A stretch of DNA of 64,000 nt from an uncultured Gammaproteobacteria bacterium (GCA_964524845.1 CAZGFX010000002.1:85389-149388), one strand, 5' to 3'; shown: positions 10,291-20,857, counted from the first letter of the stretch. Notes: generated by a model not told the origin, from the sequence alone. Numbers and translations: made by a program.

Positions 10291-10575
10291 TTAATAACGA
10301 TAGGTGATACGTCCTTTGGTAAGATCGTATGGAGTCATCTCAACCTTTACTTTATCTCCTGGTAAAAGCTTAATTTGATTCATACGCATTTTACCAGAAA
10401 GATGAGCTATGATTTTATGACCATTGTCGAGCGTAACCGCGAACTTCGCTCCCGGTAGAAGCTCGTCAACCATACCAGCATACTCAATGAAACCTTTTTT
10501 ATTTGCTTGCGGTCCGACATTTGGAGAAAATCTCCTCGAATCAGACAGCTTTTCACCGTTAAAAGTGTTATCCAT
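10291..10575 (-). CDS. infA: translation initiation factor IF-1
   Basis: Core [65 protein letters not shown]; about 25 aa N-terminal extension as called, true start may be downstream/non-ATG. Confidence 0.88.
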   Translation of the reverse strand: MDNTFNGEKLSDSRRFSPNVGPQANKKGFIEYAGMVDELLPGAKFAVTLDNGHKIIAHLSGKMRMNQIKLLPGDKVKVEMTPYDLTKGRITYRY

Positions 10576-10753
10576 TACTTGTTTAGATTAAAAAATATAT
10601 TGAACACATAAATACGATGCGTTACTACGCATTGTGTATTTACATTATTTATGCTTATTTAACAAGTAGCTGGGCATAATTATATGTAAATAATGGCAAA
10701 AGTCAACTCCTTTTAGCCTCTTATCAAGCTACTTATTCACACATAATTACCCG

Positions 10754-12568
10754 CTATTTTTTATTTGCCAAAACAGTGGCTTTTATACGACGAATTCCAG
10801 CCGAAGAAGCCTCTTCTTTAAGTATTTTAAAACCCTCTAATTCAGCGGTATTTTCAACATGTGGTCCACCACAAATTTCTTTTGAAAAATCTCCTATAGA
10901 ATAAACTTTTAATTCATTCATCTTATTGTATTTTTCATCAAAAACACCCATTGCACCTGATCTTTTGGCATCTTCTCGACTCATGGTCTCGCAAGTAACC
11001 GGAAGTGATTTTTTTATTTGTTCGTTTACAATATCCTCGACTTTTTTTAATTCTTCTGGTGTAACTTTTTGTGGATTAGGAAAATCAAACCTAAGCCGTT
11101 CCGGAGTTATGTTTGAGCCTTTTTGTTCAACATGATCCCCAAGAACCATACGAAGAGCTTGTAAAAGCAGATGACTTGCTGTGTGAAGACGTACATTCTC
11201 TTTTGATGTATCGGCAAGTCCCCCTGCAAATTTCTGTGTTGCGCCCTCACGAGACTTGTTTTGGTGCTCTTTAAATAATTTTTCGAACCCTTCTTTATCA
11301 ACTCCAGCGAAACCATACTCAACGGACATTTCTGCTATTAACTCAAAAGGATATCCGTATGTCGTATATAAATCAAAAACATCTTCTCCGTTTAAAATAT
11401 TTCGATCAGAATATGTTCTAATCTTTTTATCAAAAACTCTTTCACCTTCTTGTAGTGTTTTTCTAAATAAATTTTCTTCTCTTTCAAAAGCCCCTAATAT
11501 AAATGATTGACGTTCATCAAGTTCAGAATAATAAATTATATATTGATCAATAATCAGTTTTGAAATTGTATTTAATATGTGTTCGTGTATGTTAATTTTA
11601 AAAGCGTTACGAATAGCTCGACGCAATAATTTACGCACAACATATCCCTGATCAACGTTTGATGGTCCCACTCCGTTTCTATCTCCAGTAATTATGGTAG
11701 CGGCTCTAATATGATCAGCAATAATACGAACGGATCTACGTATTAAATTATCTTGTTCGTATTGATATCGAGACAATTTACCCATTTCGAGTATTTTATC
11801 AATTATATTTCTAAAAATATCCGTCTCGTAAACACTCGTGCAACCATTCAATACGGCAAGAGTACGCTCAAGCCCCATGCCAGTATCAACGTTTTGTTTA
11901 TCAAGTTTCTCAAGAGCACCATTCTTGAAAGAAAACTCCATAAAAACATTATTCCATATTTCAACCCACCTAGAATCAGATGTGTCGAATTTATCAGGAG
12001 CAGGAGTGTCATTTGGTACCCAATAAAAAATTTCTGTATCAGGTCCACAAAGCCCATCAATACCCATCTTTGGCCACCAGTTGTTATCATCTCCCATAAA
12101 TTCAATTCTTTTTTCATGAACTCCCAAACTAATCCATTGTTTATACGAAACATCATCTTTAGGAACATTAAACTTTTCATTTCCTTCATAACACGTGAAG
12201 GCCAGGCGCTTCGGATCAAGTCCAAGCCATTTTTTATCTGTCAAAAACTCATAGCTCCATTCTATAGATTCCTTTTTAAAATAATCACCAAGAGACCAGT
12301 TTCCAAGCATTTCAAAAAAAGTAAGGTGGTTATCATCTCCAACCTCATCAATATCATTTGTGCGAATGCATTTCTGATAATTTACCAACCTATTTCCTGA
12401 TGGATGAATGTTTCCTGATAGATAAGGAACAAGTGGTTGCATTCCTGCCGTATTAAAAAGTACCGTATTATCGTTTTCTGGAATTATAGAAGCAGAAGGA
12501 ATTGCTACGTGTCCTTTTGATTCAAAAAATGATATAAATTTTTTCTTTAGATCGTCTGATGTCATCAT
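10754..12568 (-). CDS. alaS: alanine--tRNA ligase, short form (catalytic + editing domains, no C-Ala domain)
   Basis: 604 aa; N-terminal class II AlaRS core (FNTAGMQP...WSLGDYFK) and editing-domain HxxxH...CGGPH motifs (HTASHLLLQALR...ICGGPHVENT). Confidence 0.9.
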   Translation of the reverse strand: MMTSDDLKKKFISFFESKGHVAIPSASIIPENDNTVLFNTAGMQPLVPYLSGNIHPSGNRLVNYQKCIRTNDIDEVGDDNHLTFFEMLGNWSLGDYFKKESIEWSYEFLTDKKWLGLDPKRLAFTCYEGNEKFNVPKDDVSYKQWISLGVHEKRIEFMGDDNNWWPKMGIDGLCGPDTEIFYWVPNDTPAPDKFDTSDSRWVEIWNNVFMEFSFKNGALEKLDKQNVDTGMGLERTLAVLNGCTSVYETDIFRNIIDKILEMGKLSRYQYEQDNLIRRSVRIIADHIRAATIITGDRNGVGPSNVDQGYVVRKLLRRAIRNAFKINIHEHILNTISKLIIDQYIIYYSELDERQSFILGAFEREENLFRKTLQEGERVFDKKIRTYSDRNILNGEDVFDLYTTYGYPFELIAEMSVEYGFAGVDKEGFEKLFKEHQNKSREGATQKFAGGLADTSKENVRLHTASHLLLQALRMVLGDHVEQKGSNITPERLRFDFPNPQKVTPEELKKVEDIVNEQIKKSLPVTCETMSREDAKRSGAMGVFDEKYNKMNELKVYSIGDFSKEICGGPHVENTAELEGFKILKEEASSAGIRRIKATVLANKK

Positions 12569-12569
12569 A

Positions 12570-13745
12570 TTATTTCGTATCTTTTATTCGAATAGTGATA
12601 ATAATCGTTGATAATATTAACAAACCAACAATTAAAATCAATTCTTGTATTCCTGCGAATAACAAAACCAATGAAGCAAGAGCTACGGTTCCTAATCTAG
12701 AAACACTTGTAATTCCCCTAAACAGCATAATAAGAGTGCGATCAGTACTTTCTACTTTTTTAAAAAAATATGTCTCAGTCATAATCTCATAAAGAGCTGC
12801 TCCTATACGTGCTACAATCATCAATATTCCCCAAATAACCAAAGAAGAACCTGTGTACCATCCTATTCCTATAACACTTAATCCCATAACAAACACTCCT
12901 GTAATCATCATTTCTTTTTCTCCAAAAAATCTATCGGCCAAATCTCCGGCAAAAGTATCAATAACAACAAAAGGAACTAGCGCAAAAGAGATTACCAGAC
13001 CTATTTCAGACCAAGATAGACCTATTTCATTTTTAAGGTATATAGGCACGTATATCCACATCAATGTGTAAAATATATATAAAAATGCGTTTAAAATAAT
13101 AACTCGGGCTATATCTTTTTTATTTTTAAACGCATCTAATAACACACGAAAAACATTTTCACATATGTATAATTTTGTTTTTTCAACAATTGTGTGTTCG
13201 CGCATGTATCTAACAAGAACTATAAACATCGCGACGACAACCACTCCTACAAACCAAGAAATAAACGAATAGTCATACTTTTCAAAAATCCTACCGGAAG
13301 CATACGTCGCAACGATCAAAACTAAATTTGTAAGTGCAAGATATAATCCCCTTACAAACCCCATTGATTCGTGACCTGTATACGACTCAATATATACATC
13401 CGTGACATATCTTTGTACAAAATCAGCGAGAAAATAAATTGCGAATCCGACAATAACTAGGTGAAAATATCCTGTTCCGAGCCCAATCAAAGAAAGAGCA
13501 AACATTATTAAATTTACAAATGCAATATAATAAATATTTGTACGTTCATACCAACGAGGAGCCGCCACAACAAGCAAGACAATTAAAAAATATATAATAG
13601 TATAAAGAATACTCATCTTTTCGTCTCCAATCATTTCCGCAACCTTCACGGATGCAAATGTATTGATAAGACCGAATATAATATATGTTCCAATTCCTTG
13701 AAAAAACGTGCCCAGAATCTTTTTATTTTTTAACGTATTAATCAT
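12570..13745 (-). CDS. MFS-type transporter (putative)
   Basis: 391 aa, about 12 TM helices; family assignment from topology only. Confidence 0.5.
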   Translation of the reverse strand: MINTLKNKKILGTFFQGIGTYIIFGLINTFASVKVAEMIGDEKMSILYTIIYFLIVLLVVAAPRWYERTNIYYIAFVNLIMFALSLIGLGTGYFHLVIVGFAIYFLADFVQRYVTDVYIESYTGHESMGFVRGLYLALTNLVLIVATYASGRIFEKYDYSFISWFVGVVVVAMFIVLVRYMREHTIVEKTKLYICENVFRVLLDAFKNKKDIARVIILNAFLYIFYTLMWIYVPIYLKNEIGLSWSEIGLVISFALVPFVVIDTFAGDLADRFFGEKEMMITGVFVMGLSVIGIGWYTGSSLVIWGILMIVARIGAALYEIMTETYFFKKVESTDRTLIMLFRGITSVSRLGTVALASLVLLFAGIQELILIVGLLILSTIIITIRIKDTK

Positions 13746-13761
13746 AAATTACATGAAATAA

Positions 13762-14931
13762 TTATACAGTATACGTTTTTCTCATCCTCATCGTGATAAT
13801 TAGACTTGCGGCCAGCGCTAAGGCAACAAAAAGTATAAATGTATGAAGGGTTGCAAAATGAAGCAATACAGCCCCTACGATACTACAGGCAAGTCCTCCA
13901 GAAACAGTAAACATACTAAACATACTAATCTGATTTACGTCTTTTGCATCAACAAGACGATAAAACCGAGTATTAATCATCAATTCAAATAGTGCTATTC
14001 CAAACCTCGTCAGAAGCACTATTCCCATCCACACCAGCAACGCTGTACCAACATAAAAATAGGACAGAAACATACCGCAGACACCTATCAACAAACCAAT
14101 GTTTAGAAATAAATATTCTTTTGTGCGCACCTTATCAACCAATCTGCCAAATACATAATCAAACAATAAATAAGGTATATTATACATCGAAACTATCATG
14201 CCTATATATTCCCACGATAAAAAAAGATTTTGATGGAAATATATAAGCAAAAAACTCCAATCAAACGCATAAAAAAACCATAATATAAATTGTAAAAAAA
14301 GTAATTTAACAACATCAGGAGTTGTCTTTAAAATATTAAACGTACTTTTAAAAGGAATACCACAATGCTCTATCTTATTATCATCGCAAAAAAACAAGAA
14401 AAACAAAGAAAATACTATAGCAATAATAATTATATAAGCAGTATAAAGAGAAGTGTATCCGTAAGACTGAATAATGTACCCGGTAACTATAGGAGCTATA
14501 ACCCAACCTAAATTTAGAAGTGACAGATATCTGCCACGAACAGTACCTGTATTCTTGTTCTGAGTATACATCTCAACAAAAAGATCATTCACGAAGAAAA
14601 ATACGTACAGACTAACTATATATATCACTAGCGAAAGCAATACTGTACCAGCAAATGTCTGCTCAAAAAATAAAAGTATAAACGAACACAAAAAAACAAA
14701 ACTAGTAGCAAATATTATCCATGTCTTCTTGAATTTGCATATCCATCGACCCAAAAAAGGAATAAAAAGAAGTAGGGTAATATTTGCGACACCATATACA
14801 TAACCGACATACTCTGTACCAACTATTCCCCCTACTTTGTTTGCAATAAAAACACCAATTGATCCATCAATCAGAGTAATTAAAAAACCAGCTATAGAAA
14901 GTATATATGGACGCAATTTAATCGATAACAT
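13762..14931 (-). CDS. MFS-type transporter (putative), tandem paralog
   Basis: 389 aa, about 12 TM helices; similar size/architecture to upstream neighbour. Confidence 0.5.
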   Translation of the reverse strand: MLSIKLRPYILSIAGFLITLIDGSIGVFIANKVGGIVGTEYVGYVYGVANITLLLFIPFLGRWICKFKKTWIIFATSFVFLCSFILLFFEQTFAGTVLLSLVIYIVSLYVFFFVNDLFVEMYTQNKNTGTVRGRYLSLLNLGWVIAPIVTGYIIQSYGYTSLYTAYIIIIAIVFSLFFLFFCDDNKIEHCGIPFKSTFNILKTTPDVVKLLFLQFILWFFYAFDWSFLLIYFHQNLFLSWEYIGMIVSMYNIPYLLFDYVFGRLVDKVRTKEYLFLNIGLLIGVCGMFLSYFYVGTALLVWMGIVLLTRFGIALFELMINTRFYRLVDAKDVNQISMFSMFTVSGGLACSIVGAVLLHFATLHTFILFVALALAASLIITMRMRKTYTV

Positions 14932-15994
14932 GCGTATTAATTATAGCAGAAAAAAGCATTTTTCCCTCATTATTATAAACAACCGCGATCTGACCCGGAG
15001 TAATGGCTCTTACAGGTTCGTGCGAAACAATGCACACAATCCTTTTTTCGCTTTCAAAAAAAACATCACACCGCTTTAAGGGTTCGCGATATCTGGTCCG
15101 AACAAAAAGCTCACTCGAATCAATTTCGTCCTTTTCAGCTAAAAAATTGATATCCTCGCACGTCCAAGATGTCGTAAAAAGACGAGGACTATTTTCATGC
15201 GCAACAATAATTGTGTTGTTTTCTATATTTTTTTCAATTACGAAATAAGGTCCTCCTGAAAGACCTATTCCTTCTCTCTGTCCAATCGTGAAAAACTCAG
15301 CTCCATCATGAACGCCTAACACAACACCTTCTTCGTTAATAATATTTCCTTTGTGTGGAATAATTCTTTTTGAAAGAAACTCTTTTATATTTATGTGTCC
15401 TATAAAACACAATCCTTGACTATCTTTCTTTTCTGCGGTGGGAAGATTGTGTTTCGACGCATATAAACGAACATCCTGTTTTGTCATGTCGCCAATCGGA
15501 AATAAAGCGTGTTCGAACTGGTCGCGCGTCATGCGCGAAAGAAAATAAGACTGATCCTTATTTTGATCAACTCCGGTGTATACAGAGACACTTCCTTTCT
15601 CGCGCATGACGCGCGCATAATGTCCCGTCACAATATAATCAACTCCTTCTACTTGAGCTCGTTCCAAAAGAATTCCGAATTTTATTTCTCGATTGCAGAG
15701 CGCATCCGGATTAGGCGTTCTCCCATTCGCATACTCACGAAAAAAATAATCAACGATTTTTTCTCTATATTCTTTGCTGAAATCAATCATCCTAAAAGGC
15801 AAACCAAGACGTGTAGCAACCCTCATCGCATCTTCTCTGTCTTTTTTCCACGTACACATTCCCTGGTCTTCTGGAAATGATTCGTCCCAATTCTTCATAA
15901 AAACACACGTAATATCACCCGCCTCCTGTTCTTTAAGAAGCGATGCTGCAACAGAAGAATCAACCCCACCTGAAAGCGCAACCCATATTTTCAT
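14918..15994 (-). CDS. mnmA: tRNA-specific 2-thiouridylase
   Basis: PP-loop MKIWVALSGGVDSSVAASLL plus NREIKFG and C-terminal domains; start moved to ATG at 15994 (track start 16033 adds a hydrophobic 13-aa extension). Confidence 0.9.
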   Translation of the reverse strand: MKIWVALSGGVDSSVAASLLKEQEAGDITCVFMKNWDESFPEDQGMCTWKKDREDAMRVATRLGLPFRMIDFSKEYREKIVDYFFREYANGRTPNPDALCNREIKFGILLERAQVEGVDYIVTGHYARVMREKGSVSVYTGVDQNKDQSYFLSRMTRDQFEHALFPIGDMTKQDVRLYASKHNLPTAEKKDSQGLCFIGHINIKEFLSKRIIPHKGNIINEEGVVLGVHDGAEFFTIGQREGIGLSGGPYFVIEKNIENNTIIVAHENSPRLFTTSWTCEDINFLAEKDEIDSSELFVRTRYREPLKRCDVFFESEKRIVCIVSHEPVRAITPGQIAVVYNNEGKMLFSAIINTHVID

Positions 15995-16135
15995 GAGAAA
16001 AATATAACAGAAAAGATTTGCTTTGACAAACAAAAAAATAATATATATTATGATACTACTGTTCTTTTAAAATACATTCAAAAAAACAAACTTAAACAAA
16101 AAGGCCACCGCCATTAGCGGGGCAAGGAGTAAAAA

Positions 16136-16354
16136 ATGGGAAAAAAGAACCGAGAAATAACCGGAAAAAGAATTGAATTAACCTGCTGTGACAAATGTGG
16201 AGGCGACTGCCCTACTATCGGAATTGAAGCTGATGGAACACCATTTATCACAAGCGACGCGACCGGAAAATTTCAGAGAGTTGATTTTAAAAGCGCCGAT
16301 CAACTCAAAACCGTCATCACAAAAGCTCAAGAGCTTTTAAAACAAATTGGGTAA
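16136..16354 (+). CDS. hypothetical small protein
   Basis: 72 aa; AAGGAG Shine-Dalgarno 6 nt upstream of ATG; followed by terminator. Confidence 0.55.
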   Translation: MGKKNREITGKRIELTCCDKCGGDCPTIGIEADGTPFITSDATGKFQRVDFKSADQLKTVITKAQELLKQIG

Positions 16355-16362
16355 GTATCCAA

Positions 16363-16396
16363 TAAAAAAACCACTTCTTAATGAGAGGTGGTTTTT
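16363..16396. terminator. bidirectional rho-independent terminator
   Basis: A-run, hairpin CCACTTCT-TAATG-AGAGGTGG (16370-16390), T-run; between convergent genes. Confidence 0.6.
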
Positions 16397-16406
16397 TACT
16401 TAATGC

Positions 16407-17525
16407 TTATTTTATAAACTCAAATTTTTCTTCTTTTACTGTTTTTAGATAAATATCTTTATCAACAATATTATTAACAAATCTTTTAAATCCGGTAACA
16501 CTTTTAATATTTTCGAGAGCGTTTGTCTTTGTAATCATACACTGAATGTCGTCGGAACACTCTTTTATAACACTTGCCATAAACATGATGCTGTCATATC
16601 CATTTGCCGCATTAAATTCTGGAGTACTTTTATAAACTTCCTCGTATTCTTTTTTAAAAATATCATATCCGGAAACCATTGATGGATTAAATGAATAAGT
16701 ATATATAATTCCATTTGCGAGTTCTTTTGCTGTATTCAAAAGTATGTTGTTTTCCGTATTCCATACAGAAAAAAACTTACCATCAAATCCTAGTTCTTTA
16801 GATTGTTTGAGTATTACAGAATATTGCGCCGCATTAAAAGATGTAAATACTGCCTGACTTTTCATTTCTTTTGCTTTTAATATGTATGTTCTAAAATCTG
16901 GTGTCGATAGATTATCAACAGTTCCTTCGTTAACAACTTCCCCACCAAGTGCTGTAAATGATTTTTTAAACTTGTTTCGATATGTTTCTCCATAAAAATC
17001 AGACTGATACAAAACAGTCACCTTCCTAATACCTTGATCGTACATATATTGTGCGATACGTGAAGTTTCTTTTTCAGGAGCAGGAGCCAAATTGAAAAAG
17101 AATGGGTACTTGCCCTCAAGTGCTTCTGTTCTAACTGACAAACTATGAGTAAGTGCTTTACCATCAATAATATTTACAACAGCACCTGCCACAGCCCCAC
17201 AATACACAACGAGATTTTTTACCTTGTCTATATTAACAAGCTTTTGGACAGTATTAGCACCTTCTTTTGCATCACACTTATCATCTTCTACAATAAGTTC
17301 AATTTTTTTTCCTTTTATTCCTCCTTCTTTATTTATCTTATCAACAGCGAGACGCATACCATCAAGGGACCACTCACCAAGTTTTGCAACTGGTCCGGTA
17401 AGAGGGGTGCTTACTCCGATTTTAAAAACACCAGATTCTTTTGTTTTATTAGAATTTTTATTTATAATAAACCATATTCCCCCAATTATAACGATCACCA
17501 CAATAATCAAAATATATTTTTTCAT
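16407..17525 (-). CDS. ABC-type substrate-binding protein, LivJ/branched-chain amino acid-binding-like (membrane anchored)
   Basis: N-terminal TM anchor then periplasmic-binding-protein type 1 pattern (GVSTPLTGPVAKLGEWSLDGMRLAVDKINKEGGIKGKKIELIVEDDKCD). Confidence 0.7.
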   Translation of the reverse strand: MKKYILIIVVIVIIGGIWFIINKNSNKTKESGVFKIGVSTPLTGPVAKLGEWSLDGMRLAVDKINKEGGIKGKKIELIVEDDKCDAKEGANTVQKLVNIDKVKNLVVYCGAVAGAVVNIIDGKALTHSLSVRTEALEGKYPFFFNLAPAPEKETSRIAQYMYDQGIRKVTVLYQSDFYGETYRNKFKKSFTALGGEVVNEGTVDNLSTPDFRTYILKAKEMKSQAVFTSFNAAQYSVILKQSKELGFDGKFFSVWNTENNILLNTAKELANGIIYTYSFNPSMVSGYDIFKKEYEEVYKSTPEFNAANGYDSIMFMASVIKECSDDIQCMITKTNALENIKSVTGFKRFVNNIVDKDIYLKTVKEEKFEFIK

Positions 17526-17726
17526 ATAATTAAAATCATTATCTATAGTGTATCATACTATTTTTTTATCGTAATTGATTGTTTTAAAAAAATACTTAAA
17601 AGACCTGTGGAAAAGTAAAAAAATGACTGAAAATAAGACTTTATAACACTTGATTATTAACCATTTTTATGGTACATTTTTACGATAAAAACACAAGTAA
17701 AAAACACTCAGAAATAAGGAGAAAAA

Positions 17727-18038
17727 ATGAACAAGGTGCAAATGCTAACCGCCATAATAGAAGAATTACAAATATTAAAAGTAGGTCACGGCGAAGACCT
17801 TCTTGAGTGGCCAATTATAAGAAATCAACTGGCAAAGAAAGATTTCAAAACTCCAGATGAGTTTTTAAACGAATTAAAAAATTATCTAGACACAGTACAC
17901 TGGTTAGATGACAAAATACCAGGAACAGTAATAGGGTTTACAAAACACATTATCAAAACAATCAAAGCATGGGAAAACCATACAAAAAACAATAAACAAA
18001 TCAACAAAAGAACCAAGAAAGAAAGGGTAAAAAAATGA
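17727..18038 (+). CDS. hypothetical protein
   Basis: 103 aa; AAGGAG RBS upstream; overlaps start of next gene by 4 bp. Confidence 0.5.
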   Translation: MNKVQMLTAIIEELQILKVGHGEDLLEWPIIRNQLAKKDFKTPDEFLNELKNYLDTVHWLDDKIPGTVIGFTKHIIKTIKAWENHTKNNKQINKRTKKERVKK

Positions 18039-18937
18039 AAAAAGGTATCCTCCTCACTTTGATCGCCATAATGACTTTTGTCATTATAAATGACGCTCAT
18101 TCACAAGACTCCACATCATCAAAGCCGATTATAATGCAGGTTCAAAACCTGATAGTAAATAAGTATGCCGGCCTCTTGGTTGTGTATACGTCTCCGAAAG
18201 AAGATAATTTCAGAGTCTCGAAGACTCATTCTTTCCAGATCGGCATTCAGACAAAAACACCTGTTTTTGGTGGACCTGTTTTTTTAGAAACAAAAGGTGC
18301 TTTTCTCTTGAAAAACGATTACCAGGAGACGTTCGGTCATGCATATTTTTCTTACTATAGTGATCGCTTCTTTTGGACTGCCGGGTATCGTTTACGAACG
18401 ACCGGATATATTAAACCGAATCCGATAGGTCATGCCGGACACTTCGTACCAAGCGCACTTAATTATCTTCCTCTAAATGCAAATGGGGCGCTTATCGGAA
18501 CACGAATTGGCAGTTTCGTATTTAAAGGTGGCGCGTATCAAAACTTAAAAGAAAACAAGATTGGTTTTGATTACGGAGTAGATTGTTTCTTCTCCGATAT
18601 TACCACTATAACAGTGGCAGCAACTCATGAGCAAAAAAAAGTAACTCTTGGAACCTGGGTCGATATTGGGCCAAAGGAAAAACCTTATGCAACTTGGAAG
18701 ACCGCCTATAATGATTCGATCGTAACTGCGTTTGTAGAGGTAAACACCAAGTGGTGTAGTCCTTATATAAACGCCGTGCGTGATTATGACAAAAAAACAA
18801 ATGTGACTTTTGAAATAGGATGGACTAAGACGATGCCTGCTGGACTTGGAAAAAGCAAGCTTCTGATCGGATATGGAGTTCTACCACTCAAAAAAGAACG
18901 AAGACATAACTTATACATCTTCGCATATATTGAATAA
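18035..18937 (+). CDS. hypothetical secreted protein
   Basis: 300 aa; N-terminal signal peptide MKKGILLTLIAIMTFVIINDAHSQ; aromatic/Gly-rich, likely beta-rich. Confidence 0.55.
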   Translation: MKKGILLTLIAIMTFVIINDAHSQDSTSSKPIIMQVQNLIVNKYAGLLVVYTSPKEDNFRVSKTHSFQIGIQTKTPVFGGPVFLETKGAFLLKNDYQETFGHAYFSYYSDRFFWTAGYRLRTTGYIKPNPIGHAGHFVPSALNYLPLNANGALIGTRIGSFVFKGGAYQNLKENKIGFDYGVDCFFSDITTITVAATHEQKKVTLGTWVDIGPKEKPYATWKTAYNDSIVTAFVEVNTKWCSPYINAVRDYDKKTNVTFEIGWTKTMPAGLGKSKLLIGYGVLPLKKERRHNLYIFAYIE

Positions 18938-18946
18938 AAACATTAT

Positions 18947-18985
18947 AAAAACCCTCATTCACAACGAATGAGGGTTTTATTTTTG
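18947..18985. terminator. bidirectional rho-independent terminator
   Basis: Hairpin CCCTCATTC-ACAAC-GAATGAGGG (18952-18974) flanked by A-run and T-run; between convergent genes. Confidence 0.65.
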
Positions 18986-18998
18986 TGCCACAAAACTT

Positions 18999-20132
18999 TT
19001 ACTGAACTTCAATAAATTTTTTATCTTTTATTTGCACTGGTAATAACTTCATATTAATCTCCCTATTCGATTTTACAGTTACCGGACCGTTTACAGTTTC
19101 AATGGTGCCTAAATTTAAAAGACTCTGAAGAATATCTTTCTTTTGAACCTTGTTTTTTTCATTAACAACTTTTTCAAATATTTTTACAACATCATAACCA
19201 AATGACGCTGCCCATATAGGAGTAATACCATATGTATCAGAGAATTTTTTATTAAATTCGTTTCCTGTTTTACCAATAACACTTGGTAGCGTGGTTGTAT
19301 AAACTCCTTCTGAAAGGTTTTTATCATCAACAAACAAAGAATTATATAAAGATGCGTTACCGATAACAGCCAGCATTTGTTGTGAGCATTCAATAATATC
19401 AGAATTAAAACCAAGATCACGAGATTGTTTCAACAACAAAACAGCCTCTTGTGGAGTAAGAGGAACGGTTAAAAGAGCGTCGGGTTTTGATTCCTTTATT
19501 TTCATAAGTTGTGTACGCATATCGGTTGTATTGGAAATATAAAATTCTGATACTATTACATCAATATCATTTTTCTTGGCTAAATCCATAATAGCATTAC
19601 TCATGCTTACTCCATACTCATCATTAACAGCTAATATGGCTATTTTTTTATATAGTTGTTTTTTTATTATCCAATCGAAATGTGTCTGAGCAGTATCCGC
19701 TGGTGTAACAAAAAAACGAAAAGCATATTCACTTCCCGCAGGGGCATTTTCAGCAGATACAACACTCATCAAAAAAGGAATTTTATCTTCTTTTGAAATA
19801 GGAACTAGAGGCATACTTGCTCGACTAAGTATTGAGAACATTGCGTCAACATGATTAATATCTTTTAATTTTTTCCATGCAACCACAGATCCGTTTGCAC
19901 TACCTTGACTATCTTCATATATTATATTAACTTTTTTAATATTACTTTCTTGTAGAGCGAGATCCATTGCCTTTTTAACGTGTTCTCCATACAACGCCGT
20001 TGGCCCCGTAATAGGAAGTATTGCTCCAATAGTAATGCCACCGCCCTCTTCTTTATTTGTCTTTTGCATTATTGTGTATATAACAACAATAACTATTAAT
20101 AAAATAATAGCTAATAAAATATTTTTTTTCAT
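18999..20132 (-). CDS. ABC-type substrate-binding protein, LivJ-like (membrane anchored), second copy
   Basis: N-terminal TM anchor; GAILPITGPTALYGEHVKKAMDLALQESN... PBP type 1 pattern. Confidence 0.7.
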   Translation of the reverse strand: MKKNILLAIILLIVIVVIYTIMQKTNKEEGGGITIGAILPITGPTALYGEHVKKAMDLALQESNIKKVNIIYEDSQGSANGSVVAWKKLKDINHVDAMFSILSRASMPLVPISKEDKIPFLMSVVSAENAPAGSEYAFRFFVTPADTAQTHFDWIIKKQLYKKIAILAVNDEYGVSMSNAIMDLAKKNDIDVIVSEFYISNTTDMRTQLMKIKESKPDALLTVPLTPQEAVLLLKQSRDLGFNSDIIECSQQMLAVIGNASLYNSLFVDDKNLSEGVYTTTLPSVIGKTGNEFNKKFSDTYGITPIWAASFGYDVVKIFEKVVNEKNKVQKKDILQSLLNLGTIETVNGPVTVKSNREINMKLLPVQIKDKKFIEVQ

Positions 20133-20167
20133 AACAAGTTTAATAGTTTATAAATTATATCTTAAAA

Positions 20168-20857
20168 CTAAAAATATTTTCTCTCTTTTGATTTTTTGAC
20201 TATTGCAAAAGCTTCTTCTGCTGTATCAACAACCTTAAACAAATTAAAATCCTCCGGCGATATTGTCTGAAACTTTTCAAGCATTTTTTCTTTCATAAAA
20301 TCAACAAGCGGATCCCAAAAATCCTTACCAAGAAGTATAATTGGTAATGGATCTATTTTTTCAGTTTGTACAAGAGTCACGATCTCAAAAAACTCATCTA
20401 ATGTTCCAAATCCTCCAGGAAAATACACATATGCTTGAGACGACGCCGAAAGCATTACTTTACGAGAAAAGAAATAGTGAAAAGCGATCGATGTGGTCAC
20501 ATATGGATTAATACGTTGCTCAAGAGGAAGCTCTATATTGAGTCCGACTGACATTGCATTAACATTTTTTGCCCCCCTATTTCCGGCCTCCATAATACCA
20601 GGTCCCCCTCCTGTCACAATTGCAAATCCCTCTTTGGCAAGAAGTTCGCCTAGTCTTACAGCTTCTTTGTAATATTTATTATCTTCCGGTAGACGAGCCG
20701 ATCCGAAAAAAGTAACTCCCCGATGAATCTTTCCAAGATACTCAAATCCACGCACAAACTCCGCCATAATACGAAACATGCGCCAATTCGGATTATCATT
20801 AAAATCAAATTCGACCTTGCCCGGGATACAAAACTGTTTCTTTATCTCTGGTTGCAT
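20168..20857 (-). CDS. LOG family protein (TIGR00730-type Rossmann-fold nucleotide-binding protein)
   Basis: GVTFFGSARL...IVTGGGPGIMEAGNRGA...YVYFPGGFGTLDEFFE motifs. Confidence 0.85.
   Translation of the reverse strand: MQPEIKKQFCIPGKVEFDFNDNPNWRMFRIMAEFVRGFEYLGKIHRGVTFFGSARLPEDNKYYKEAVRLGELLAKEGFAIVTGGGPGIMEAGNRGAKNVNAMSVGLNIELPLEQRINPYVTTSIAFHYFFSRKVMLSASSQAYVYFPGGFGTLDEFFEIVTLVQTEKIDPLPIILLGKDFWDPLVDFMKEKMLEKFQTISPEDFNLFKVVDTAEEAFAIVKKSKERKYF

Noticed and set aside
11753-12400. Plus-strand ORF of 215 aa (and 11838-12026, 11848-12225)
   Set aside because: Antisense or out-of-frame to the well-supported alaS gene; Ile/Phe/Lys-rich translation typical of AT-rich antisense frames.
17145-17618. 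Plus-strand ORFs 17145-17618 and 17224-17529
   Set aside because: Antisense to the LivJ-like binding-protein gene; low-complexity translations.
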